This document shows, one piece after another, positions 52,621 through 64,000 of a stretch of DNA of 64,000 bases (positions are counted from its first letter, which is position 1; every line of letters begins with the position of its first letter). This DNA comes from Chiloscyllium plagiosum. Lineage: Eukaryota. The stretch lies in assembly GCF_004010195.1 (NCBI RefSeq), contig NC_057717.1:104722937-104786936 (forward strand). The letters are read 5' to 3'. The notes under the pieces were generated by a model. It ran no database searches. It had not been told where the DNA came from and saw only the letters and a program-made list of their open reading frames with translations. A program made the translations under genes and the position numbers.

Positions 52621-53302
52621 GCGAAACCCTCTATTTCTCATTTTTGTGATTAAATTCTGAGCCTCAGTCAAAAACAGAAATAGAGATACATGGCAAATGG
52701 GGCTGTAAGGATTGATGTTATGAGGTTGGGACAAGATATATTAAATGTAGAGAAAAAGCATCTGACTGCACTGTACCTGATCAGGATATAATTGATACTG
52801 ACACAGCGTACTTGAGTTACATTTTTCCTTCCTCAGAGCTAATATACTTCACTTCATCAACCTTATGATATCACCAAAAAAAATCATTTCACTCTGTTTT
52901 AGATATTTGTTTTCTTTAAAAGTGTTTTTGCTGCTAATGTATAGTTTTGAAAAAATGTTAAGTAAGATGTAGTCACAAATAAAATAAAATAGAAATGATT
53001 ACAAAATTCTGATGTGGAATCAAGCCCTTTCCTGTCAGAATGATCAAGCCATGGAACCCTCTTCTGACAGATAAGACAGGTTGATCTCTGAAACATTTTA
53101 AAAATGCGATTATGTGCCATGATGTGACCAGAACTACACAATGGGAACAGATGGAATTGCTTCAGGAAGACCTCAGGAATTATAACAACATTAGTATGTC
53201 AGAAACAATCTGTCTCTTTCTTATCAAGACAGAAATTAAATTATTATTTATTAACTGCCACATCTAGGATGTTTAACGTGAACATTTTAAATATATACTT
53301 AC

Positions 53303-53386
53303 CCAAAATTCTGTCACTAATATATCAGTGACACTGCCCAGGACCGTGACAAAATCAAATACATTCCAAGCATCCTGAAAATAGTT
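53303..53386 (-). CDS. CACNA1A: Cav2.1 exon 31 equivalent: IVS3
   Basis: 84 nt, tttgctttccag|AAC...TGG|gtaagt. Encodes [28 protein letters not shown]. Confidence 0.96.
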
Positions 53387-53544
53387 CTGGAAAGCAAAAG
53401 GCGACACCATTAAAAATGTTAAATTCTGAAGTGATTTTCTCCCTCTTCCTGAGTGTGCCACCTTATATTGAATTTTTGGTAACGCTAGTCCACCTGTGTC
53501 TTCCATACTAATTCTTTATGTGTTAGCTCAGCATCAATTAGTCA

Positions 53545-54015
53545 CACAATCATAGTCATAGAGCTGTACAGCACAGAAACAGACCCTTCAGTCCAACTCG
53601 TTCATGCTGACCAGATATCCTAAACTAATCTAGTCCCATTTGTCAGCATTTGGCCCATATCCTTCTAAACCCTTCCTATGCATATACCCATCCAAATGCC
53701 TTTTAAATGATGTAATTGTACTAGCATCCACCACTTTCTCTGGCAGCTCATTCCATACACCACCCTCTGCATGAAACGTTGCCCCTTAGGTCCTTTTAAA
53801 TTTTTCTCCTCTCACCCTAAACCTATGTCCTGTGGTTCTGGACTCCCCCAACCTAGGGAAAGGACCTTATTCATATCCCTCATGATTTTATAAACCTTTA
53901 CAAGATCACCCCTCAGCCTCCAATGCTCCAAGGAAAACAGCCCGAGCCTATTCAGCCTCACTCAAATCCTCCAAAGCCTGGCAACATCCTTGTAAATCTT
54001 TTCTGAACTCTCCCA
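53545..54015 (-). mobile_element. CR1 3' fragment
   Basis: Reverse complement of CR1 C-terminus and tail, homologous to 34160-34670. Confidence 0.82.
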
Positions 54016-54537
54016 ATTACTGCAAAATTATTGGGACTATAAGTAATTGTAGCAAAGCTAGATTTATCTCCAAGCAGACATCAATAAGCACACTTTACAT
54101 CATAAATCACTGATCAGGAATGACAGTCTTGAATGATTTTTCTCTCCACCTTGATGGCCACTGTTGCTGCAGCCAAATGAAGTACATCAAGTGCTACCTT
54201 GAGTCAACTCACAGGAGGAATGCTACAATGGCTGCAATTTTCTTGAGCTGGGTAGGAATACAAGAAATTAATTGCTTTTCCATTCGCAGTCACTATCCAG
54301 TATTAATAGCTGGAAAGTGCATGCATTTAGACATTGAGGACAAGGTTGTGTCCACACACTTGAAAGTTCTTCTAACACTTATGTCTACTCACATATCAAG
54401 AATAGCCACTTAGTTAAGCAGTGGAAGGTATCCTGCACCTGTGGAACTGTAACCTGCAAGAGTCAATGCTTTCAGAAAGAGAGGGAGCTGGAAAAAATTC
54501 AGGGGAAAAATGTATAATATTAAGCCCATATACTCAC

Positions 54538-54648
54538 CAAAATTCCAAAGGCAATAATTTTCAGGATACATTCGCATGAGAATAAAATGGTGAACACCAT
54601 ATTGAGATACTTTAGAACATCGTCATAAGATTGTGGCTGATCAGAAAA
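54538..54648 (-). CDS. CACNA1A: Cav2.1 exon 30 equivalent: IVS2
   Basis: 111 nt, ttcttggtttag|TTT...TTG|gtgagt. Encodes [37 protein letters not shown]. Not in the ORF track; read manually. Confidence 0.94.
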
Positions 54649-54681
54649 CTAAACCAAGAAAAAGAAAATTTACTTATTAAC

Positions 54682-54904
54682 AAAAGCAAAATACGGTGGA
54701 TGCTGGAAATTTGAAATAAAAGAAAGAAATACTGGAGAAGTTCAGCAAGTTTGTCAGCATCTATGGATCGAGAAACAGAGTTAAAGTTTCAAGTCTGATA
54801 TTACTTTTCTTCAGAACTGGAGGTTGGATCAGATTTGAAATATCAGCTGTTTCTCTCCACAGTTGCTGCCAGATTTGCTGAGATTCCCCAGCATTTTTTC
54901 TTTT
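54682..54904. mobile_element. Penelope-derived fold-back element (family 2-like) with 15-bp TSD, next to the exon 30 acceptor
   Basis: TSD aatttacttattaac at 54667-54681 and 54905-54919. Inverted arms homologous to 14897-15024. Confidence 0.72.
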
Positions 54905-55339
54905 AATTTACTTATTAACGTTGTGCTTCTACAATATTGGCAATGGAGGCAAGAGAGAAAGATCATTAAGGAACGTTAATTGGAAGACCATGGTATAAGT
55001 GAACTTATTCCATTTTTCAGGTTATCACTGCCGAATCAACTGGTAATTAAAGCATTCACAATAAACATTTACAGCACAAAGGAAGCCATTAAATTCATTG
55101 CGTCAGTACTCATTCTTCACTTGGACAATGAATCCAAGTGACCTGTATCTTTCTGAGTGTTGTATTTTTTTCCAATACGAATATTTATCCACATTGTCTT
55201 AAAAATGCTTTGTATTGTTCTTAAATCTCTACATTATGATAAAACATTTCATGCTCAGGCAATTCTGTAGAAATCAAACACTTTCTGACCTTGCCTCTCA
55301 CATAGTTTTGAACTTTTAATTAGTGACTTCTCAGCAATA

Positions 55340-57195
55340 AAAATAGAACACAGAACATACAACATTACAGTACAGGTCCTTCAGCCCTCAGTGTTGCACC
55401 AACCTGTGAAACCAATCTGAAGCTCATCTAACCTACATTATCAGCCAAATGCTTATCCAATGACCATTTAAATGCCCTTAAAGTTGGCGAGTCTACTACT
55501 TTTGCAGGCAGGGCATTCCATACCCTTACTATTCTCTGAGTAAAGAAACTACCTTTGACATCTGTCCTATATCTATTACCCCTCAATTTAAAGCCCATGT
55601 TGCCTCATGTTAGCCATCACCATCTGAGGAAAAAGGCACTCACTGTCCACCCTCTCTAACCCTTTGATTATCTTGTATGTCTCTATTAAGTCACCTCTTA
55701 TCTTTCTTCTCTCTAATGAAAACAGCCTCAATTCCCTCAGCCTTTCATCATAAGACCTTTCCTCCATAGCAGGCAACATCATGGTAAATCTCCTCTGTAC
55801 CCTTTCCAATGCTTCCATATCCTTCCACTTCAGAGTTGTGTACAGCTACAGCATGACCTGAAGCCTCCAAAACTCAATCCCTCTACCAATAAAACCTAAC
55901 ACACCACACACCTTCTTACCAACCTTATCAACCTGGTAGGCAAATTTCAGGGATCTATACACATGGTAACCAAGATCTCTCTGTTGATCCACACTACCAA
56001 CAATCTTACCATTAGCCCAGTACTCTGTATTCCTGTTACTCCTTCCAAAGTCAATCACCTCACATTTTTCCACATTAAACTCCATCTTGCACCTCTCAGC
56101 CCAGCTTTGCAGCTTATTTATGTCCCTCTATAACCTGCAACATCAGCACTATCCACAACTCCACCGACTTTAGTGTCATCCTCAAATTAACTAATCCATC
56201 CTTCTATACCCTTATCCAGGTCATTTACAAAAATGACAAACCCAAAACAAATCCTTGCGGTACACCACTAGTAACTGAACTCGAGGATGAACATATCCCA
56301 TCAACCACCACCCTTTGTCTTCTTTCAGTTATCCAATTTCTGACCCAAACCGCTAAATCACCCTCAATCCCTTGCCTCTGTATTTTCTGCAATAGCCTAC
56401 TGTNNNNNNNNNNNNNNNNNNNNNNNNNNNNNNNNNNNNNNNNNNNNNNNNNNNNNNNNNNNNNNNNNNNNNNNNNNNNNNNNNNNNNNNNNNNNNNNNN
56501 NNNNNNNNNNNNNNNNNNNNNNNNNNNNNNNNNNNNNNNNNNNNNNNNNNNNNNNNNNNNNNNNNNNNNNNNNNNNNNNNNNNNNNNNNNNNNNNNNNNN
56601 NNNNNNNNNNNNNNNNNNNNNNNNNNNNNNNNNNNNNNNNNNNNNNNNNNNNNNNNNNNNNNNNNNNNNNNNNNNNNNNNNNNNNNNNNNNNNNNNNNNN
56701 NNNNNNNNNNNNNNNNNNNNNNNNNNNNNNNNNNNNNNNNNNNNNNNNNNNNNNNNNNNNNNNNNNNNNNNNNNNNNNNNNNNNNNNNNNNNNNNNNNNN
56801 NNNNNNNNNNNNNNNNNNNNNNNNNNNNNNNNNNNNNNNNNNNNNNNNNNNNNNNNNNNNNNNNNNNNNNNNNNNNNNNNNNNNNNNNNNNNNNNNNNNN
56901 NNNAGGTTTTTGAGGCATGACCTACCCTTCACAAAACCATGTTGTCTATACCTAAATCAACTTATTCCTTTCTAGATGATTATAAATCCTATCTCTTATA
57001 ACTCTTTCCAACACTTTACCCACAACCAAAGTAAGGCTCTCTGGTCTACAATTACCAGCGTTGTCTCGACTCCGCTTCTTGAACAAGGGGACAATATTTG
57101 CTATCCTCCAGTTTTCTGGCACTGTTCCTGTAGATGGTGATTACATAAAGATCAAAGCCAAAGGCTTTACAATCTCCTCCTTAGCTTCCCAGAGA
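55340..57195 (-). mobile_element. CR1 LINE RT region spanning the assembly gap
   Basis: KGRSCLKNL [gap] SRLLQK...RRQRVVVDG...SGVPQG, MEFNVEKCEV, LERVQRRFT. Confidence 0.9.
56404..56903. other. Assembly gap (500 N)
   Basis: Run of N in the sequence. Confidence 1.
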
Positions 57196-57514
57196 TAGTC
57201 TTTTCTTAGAGATATTTCTTTTCTAGTGCAAACAGGGAATTGATTAGCAACCAAGCGAATTCTCTGTATAAAGACATCTCTATTGAACACAGTCCTATTA
57301 ACTACTGGAATCTATAATCTGTAACATTATTTGTAAACCTGTGCAGATCTACTGAGAGGGGAAGATAGAGAAAGTGTGTGTGTGTGTACGTGGGCCTGTG
57401 CTTGTGTGTGAGCAAGTCTGTAAAATGTTGGGAGACCTCATACGGAGAGTCAAAAGTGTGGAGGATGCTCAGTCTTTACCCAAGTTAAAGAGAAAGACAC
57501 AGATAGGCAAAGTG

Positions 57515-57765
57515 ACACAGTCATACAGCTGTACAGCACGGAAACACACCTTTTGGTCAAACTCATCCATATTCAAAATTAATCAAGTCTTGTTTGACAG
57601 CATTTGACCAATATTTCTCTAAACCCTTCCTCTTCATATACCCATCCAGATGTCTTTTAAATGCTGTAATTGTACCAGCTGCTACCACTTTCTCTTGCAG
57701 CTCATTCTGTACATGCATCATTCTCTGCATGAAAAAGTTGCCCCTTAGGTCCCTTTTAAATCCTG
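57515..57765 (-). mobile_element. CR1 3' end fragment
   Basis: FKRDLRGNFFMQR...FKRHLDGYM. Confidence 0.8.
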
Positions 57766-57973
57766 TGGTTCTGGATTTCAAGTCTACTAACATTACCACT
57801 ATGCCACTGCCTCCCCATAGCTGAGAGGGTATAGGGGAGATCAATTACACCCCGTTTAGAGGTGACATTCTTTAGTATTGATAGTTGGTTGGAGAAGTGT
57901 GGCAGTAACACAGCAAGGGGCAATAATGCCAAAACACAAATGGTTAAAAGCTGAATGGAGAGACAGAAAATCA

Positions 57974-58177
<204 letters not shown>

Positions 58178-58399
58178 TTATAAAGGTCAATTCAACAAAA
58201 CAAACTCAAAATTGAATACATAAAAACAAAATACTTATTTTCTCTCTGAGCCATTATTCTCATCAACCATACAGATTAGTTGCTATCCCCACTGCAATCT
58301 CTACTGTGCTCTCTATGAACAATTCTGTACATTTTTTCTGCTAACAAGGATCTGAATTGGGATTGTCCTAAATTTATCAAAGTAAGAACTTTACATGAG

Positions 58400-59690
58400 C
58401 AACATACATACAATCATACAAATTAGGAGCATAAATACTCCATTCAGCCCCATAAGCATGCATCACCATTCAACAAAGTCACGGCTGACCCGCTTATGTT
58501 TTGACTTCCATATTCCCAGCTATCACACTCCTATTCTCATCTTTAAATCATTGTTTAGCAATAATCTACCTCTGCTGCAGAAATTATCAATGACTCCTCC
58601 CCAAATGCCTTCTGATAGAGATTTCCAAAGTCATACAATTCTCTGAAAGAAACAAATTCTCTTCATCTCTAACCTAAAAGGATGACTCAGAATTTTTAAA
58701 GTGCCCCAAGTTCTTGTCTCACCCACAAGACGAAGCATCATTTTTACATTCACCTTGACAAGATTTTTCAGGATCTTATACTCTTAAATCAAGTCACTCC
58801 TCATTCTTCTAAACTCCAGTGAAAACAAGTCTAATCTAACTTTTCCTCAAAAAATAACTTGCTTATTCCAGGCAACAATCTAGTAAACTTCTTCTGAACT
58901 ACCTGCAATGCATTTACATCTTTCCAAACTGCACAAGTTATTTGAGACCTTTTCTGACCAATGCCCTACAGAACTGAAGCAAATCATTCTTATTTTTAAG
59001 TTCAATTCTTTCATAATAATAGTGAGCATTCCATTAGGCCTCTGAATTATTTGTGTGCATGCATACCAACTTTTAGTGATTCATGCAGTTGAACACTTAG
59101 GTCTCTTTGCATTTTGGAATTCTCCAGTCTTTCTTCATTCAAGAAATACTCTATTTTTTATTCTTCCTGCCAAAGTGAACAACTTCATATTTTCCCATGT
59201 TATCCTCCATCTGCCACATTGTTGTCCATTCATTCAATCTACTTTTATTGTTTTGCAACTTCCTTATGTACTCAACAACAGAACTATCTATCTTTGTGCC
59301 ATCTGAAAATTTAGTCACAATGTCCTTGCTCCCCCTTAACTAAGTTATTGATATAAAATGTATAAAAAGAAGGCACCAGACTCCCACAGGACTCTTCTTG
59401 TCACAACCAATCAATTAGAGAAAAGTTCACTTAAGTATAATCTATATTTTTAACAGTCAACTAACCTTTTACCTATGTTAGTATGTTACCTACCCACTGC
59501 ACCATAAGCTCCAATGTAGTGCAATATGTGGCATATTCTAAAATGCCTTCTGGAAATCCAAATTTAGTATGTATACAAGCATCCCATTATCGACAGCCCA
59601 TGTTATTCTTTCAAGAACTCAAATACATTTGTCAGGCGTGATGACCCTTTCACAAAACCATGCTGACTCTTCCCGATTATCTAAATGCAA
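58400..59690 (-). mobile_element. Old decayed CR1
   Basis: Degenerate similarity to other CR1 copies (QHGFVKG, LDFQKAF, tail). Confidence 0.6.
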
Positions 59691-60579
59691 CAAATCAGCT
59701 ACTTGGAATCAACTAAGACTACATATATCTTTGTAACACATGCTACCAAAAACAATAGCAACGTAATCTGATATTTATTAGAAGTCACATTTATCTGTGT
59801 TACCCATCTTCCATTTCATTGACATTTTAAAGAATATGAAGGGAACTGACAAGCTTGGCATGGAACAACTTGTTAATTGTGGTGAGGAGTTCAAATATCA
59901 GAGTACACAATGTAAAGATCGGGAAATTTACTTGCATTAACATTCCTCCATTTGATAAACAAAAACAATTAATCTGAAACAAAAGGTGCTTCATGTTTTA
60001 CAGAAGGACATAGGGACATGGAATACACAACTAAATAAATTATTGAAACTGAAGTATACTGGAAATTAAGAAATGGTGTCCATGAAAAATAGTAAGGAAC
60101 AGCACAAATGGAATTGCAATTTATTAAGTGGAGCAGGCTGATTGAACCCCAATGACCAACTCCTAATTCAAAACTATCTTATGTGCATTACATACAAATT
60201 TAACTCCAAGAGGCACAAGAACAGTTCTGATGTAAAACAGCAGCCAGCAACTTAACCCAACTTCAATAATTAACACAAACATTACTGTGTCTACAATCAA
60301 GGGCTGGCTGAGATGCTGTGGAGAAAGTCAATCTCAGGCTTCAGATTGAATTGAATCCTTTAATATCATCTGTATTTCATACACAAAACATAGACCAAAA
60401 TAAAAGTTGCCACTTCAAATGAAATTCCATTATCTCTCACATAATCTTCAACTACATTCCAATATTTTAGCATATTTCCTTGTGGAGGTTGGGGGGGTGG
60501 GGGTGGGGAGGAGAAAGAGTAAGTTTACATTGAGCAAATGTTTGAGTTTAGTGCAGTGCCCCAATGTCACAATCACCTT

Positions 60580-60722
60580 CTACCTTTGCCCACCAATCGG
60601 CATCCCACCTACCTTTCCCCTAGCCCCACACCCCTCACCCTATTTATTTCTCAGCCCCCTTCCCCCTCCCAAGTCCTGATGATGGGTTATGCCCAAAATG
60701 CTGACTCTCTTGCTCCTCAGAT
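60580..60722 (+). mobile_element. Decayed Penelope pLTR fragment
   Basis: C-rich segment like 7430-7560 followed by agtc CTGATGA tgggttatgccc aaaa tgctgact, a decayed hammerhead. Confidence 0.55.
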
Positions 60723-61500
60723 TATTTTGAGAGTACTTGAGTATAAAAGCAGGGACAAAATTCTGAGGCTCTATTAGGCTCTGGTCAGACCACATTTGGA
60801 ATATTGTGCGCAGATTTGGGCCCCATACCTCAGGAAGGATGTACTAGCCCTGGACCATGTTCAGAGAAGGTTCATGAGACTAGTCCCAGGAATGAAAAGC
60901 TTAATATATGAGGTATGTTTGAGGATTCTGGCTTTATACTTTAGAAGGATGAGGGGGATCTAATTGAAACTTACAGAATATTGAATGACATGGACAGAGT
61001 AGATGTAGGGAAGATGTTTCCATTGGTAGGAGAGACTAGGATCTGAGGGCATAGCCTGACAGTAAAGGGAAGACCTTTTAGAATGGAGATAAGGAGAAAC
61101 CTCTTCAGCCAGAGAATGGTGAACCTATGGAATTCATTGCCACATAAGGCTGTGAAGGCCAAGCCATTGAGTATATTTAGGACTGAGATTGATAGGTTCT
61201 TGATTATCAAAGGGAATCAAAGGTTATAGGGAGAAAGTGGGAGAATGGGGTTGAGAAACTTATCAGAGCTGAAAATGTGTTGCTGGAAAAGTGCAGCAGG
61301 TCAGACAGCATCCAAGGAGCAGGAGAATCGACGTTTCGGGAATGAGCCCTTCTTCAGGAATGAGGAAAGTACTTTGATCTGATCTCCAGCATCTGCAGTC
61401 CTCACTTTCTCCTCCTTGAGAAACTTATCAGCCATGATTGAATGGCGAAGCAGACTTGATGGGCTGAATGGTATAATTTCTGCTCCTATGTCTTATGGTT
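60723..61500 (+). mobile_element. CR1 3' part, interrupted by a Penelope-derived insertion
   Basis: LEYKSRD...ALVRPHLEYC...RMRGDLIETYRIL and tail. Confidence 0.88.
61267..61415 (-). mobile_element. Penelope-derived element with intact hammerhead core and 16-bp TSD
   Basis: TSD ttgagaaacttatcag at 61251-61266 and 61416-61431. Reverse strand attc CTGAAGA a gggc tcat tccc GAAA CG TC gatt at 61326-61361. Confidence 0.8.
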
Positions 61501-61706
61501 AGCAGCAAGAATTTCCAAATTAGGAACTGAGTATGTTCGGTGCAAATTAAAGATCCTTTCACCATACCCCAATAATGACAGCAGAAGCTGTACTACTCAG
61601 TTTGGGATTTCTTTCTTTCTCTGTTACAATGTCCACCATTTGTAAGGGAACATTAGTCATTTTTTGTCTCACATAATTAATTCCTGACCACGCATTAGTT
61701 GGCTTA

Positions 61707-62000
<294 letters not shown>

Positions 62001-62089
62001 TTATATAATCATGCACTGTCCTGAGATTAACTGAGGAAGTTGTAACCTACTACTTCAATATGGAACATTCCATTGAACTGTAGAAAGTG

Positions 62090-62445
62090 ATTTGGATTAG
62101 ACTTTCTCAGAGCTGGATAGAGAAGATAGAGAGAAACTGTTCCCACTCATAAAAGGAACAAGAACGAGAGGACATAGATTTAAAGAGATCTGCAAAACAA
62201 GCAAGGGTAAAGTGAGGGAAAAGCTATTTATGCAATGAGTACTTTGGGTATGGAATGCACTGCCCGGAAATGTGGAGGAGACAGGTTCAATTGAAACACT
62301 CCTGAGGGCATTCGATAATTATTTAGATAAAATAATGTATAAGGGTCTGTGGAAAAAGCAGGAGATTTGCACTAGGTAGTGATGCTCTTTTAACAAGTTG
62401 GTGCAAGCACAATGGGCCAAACGGCCTTCTTCTGTGATGTAACAA
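62090..62445 (+). mobile_element. CR1 3' fragment
   Basis: EKLFPL...TRGHRFK...WNALP and CR1 tail. Confidence 0.75.
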
Positions 62446-62449
62446 CTCT

Positions 62450-62690
62450 GGGTGTACTTTTGCTCGCTGAGCTGGAAGGTTCATTTTCAGATATTTCACC
62501 ACCATACTAGGTAACATCATCAGTGTGCCTCTGGTTGAATCAGTGGTGGCATGGCTGGCTTTCTATTTATGCATTTAGGTTTCTTTGGGCTGGTGATGTC
62601 ATTTCTTGTGGTGGCATCATTTCCTGCAGTGATGTCATTTCCTGTTCTTGGAATTACATCACCAACCCAAAGAAACCTAAACACATAACA
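62450..62690 (-). mobile_element. Penelope pLTR fragment, family 4, with decayed hammerhead
   Basis: Reverse strand ca CTGATGA t gttacc tagtat ggtggt GAAA ta TC tg at 62488-62525, short tandem ggaaatgacatcac units and an inverted end. Confidence 0.6.
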
Positions 62691-63831
62691 CAAAAAAAAT
62701 CTAATAATCAACAAGATAATTAAATCCTAACTTTAAAACAGTCCACCCATGTATCTATGGTTACATTTCTTTTATTAGTTACACTTTTAGTATTGTCAAG
62801 TGGATTGCCAAGTTCAATTACCGATCTCCTGAGACTATCTGAAGCTGCATCTTGCCCCATTTGAACAACTTCTTTAAAAAAAAACCCTCCTGTTATGCAG
62901 TTCTAGTGCCAACAATATTAACATGGGAGATAAGTAAGATGAGCACCGCATTTAAAAGTTGTCCTATACCCTCATTCACAAAATAGTTCTAAAGATATCA
63001 CTTTGTTATCAGGTAATTGGTGCCTTTCTCAGGCCACTGATTTGAACTCTACCAGTTTTGTATAAACATAAAGATGAGAAAACATCCAGAATTACTAGTA
63101 AGACTGATTTGTACCAATAGAAGGTCCTAAATAGATATTTCGGCCTTCAGAACCAGTTGGTTGACTGGGTCATTTTGGGCTACCCGACATTAGAGAATAC
63201 TATCATATACTCTGTACATTTCTCTTTTAAGGTCTAACAATAGATTTTAAAATCCAACCTGCAGGAATGTAGTAACTTGTAGCTAAAGGTTCCGTTAAAG
63301 TCTCAAGCTGAAATCACATTACTGCTACCATGGCACACCAGAGTGCTGCTATTGAACTATGTTTCCCAGTTAGTTTTCTTTCACCCATGAAACCATTGTT
63401 ATTTTGTTTGTCTGTGTCTGTGTATGTAGAGGTTTAACAGTCAGGTAAATTCTGGACTTTGTGTGTTTTGATTAAATCATTAATTTTTGTAGCAACTCCA
63501 GGAGTAGTGAGTTGTGACACAGTTTGGATAAATGTCCACATGCGCATTTCTGCACTACAAATGTCTACTGTTATTCACTAATCAAGGCAATAGTAAAATA
63601 CTTAGTGAGTAAACAACTCTGCTTTCTATTTCATCATTTTACCAAACAAATGCACAGTCAGGTCACAAGTGTACGCTGTTCACATGTGTATTACCTGTTC
63701 AATGATGGCCCATATTCAGATTCATATATAATGCATAACGTACTAGACAATTTTGATGTAGACAATATGTAGGTTGGTTATTTGATTATATGGAACATCA
63801 TATTCGATCCTAATACCTTTTTCCTCTCTCA

Positions 63832-63999
<168 letters not shown>

Positions 64000-64000
64000 A

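Noticed and set aside
56225..56932. Long ORFs of 235 and 173 aa
   Set aside because: Artefacts of reading through the N gap.

Overview
This is eukaryotic, repeat-rich vertebrate genomic DNA, most likely from a shark or other cartilaginous fish (inferred from HE1-type SINEs, CR1, Rex1, RTE and Penelope content). The whole window lies inside one minus-strand gene, the P/Q-type voltage-gated calcium channel alpha-1 subunit CACNA1A (Cav2.1). I found 11 canonical GT-AG exons corresponding to mammalian exons 28-36 plus the mutually exclusive 97-nt pair 37a/37b. They cover IIIS6, domain IV and the EF-hand, and they splice in frame. Exon numbering follows mammalian CACNA1A from memory. The introns are filled with decayed retroelements: CR1, a second CR1/L2-group LINE, Rex1, RTE, Gypsy, Penelope/GIY-YIG and SINEs. 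Highlights: (1) intron 31 carries two candidate 6-nt microexons (His-Pro and Thr-Thr), the second with a ~240-nt AG-free zone, a YCAY cluster and a downstream UGCAUG, plus a candidate poison exon. (2) At least ten short Penelope-derived insertions from about four families carry minimal type-I hammerhead ribozyme cores; many are fold-back and most have 12-16 bp target-site duplications. (3) A ~315-bp inverted repeat around a GIY-YIG remnant lies just upstream of exon 37a. There is one 500-N assembly gap. No prokaryotic-type systems (CRISPR, operons) are present.
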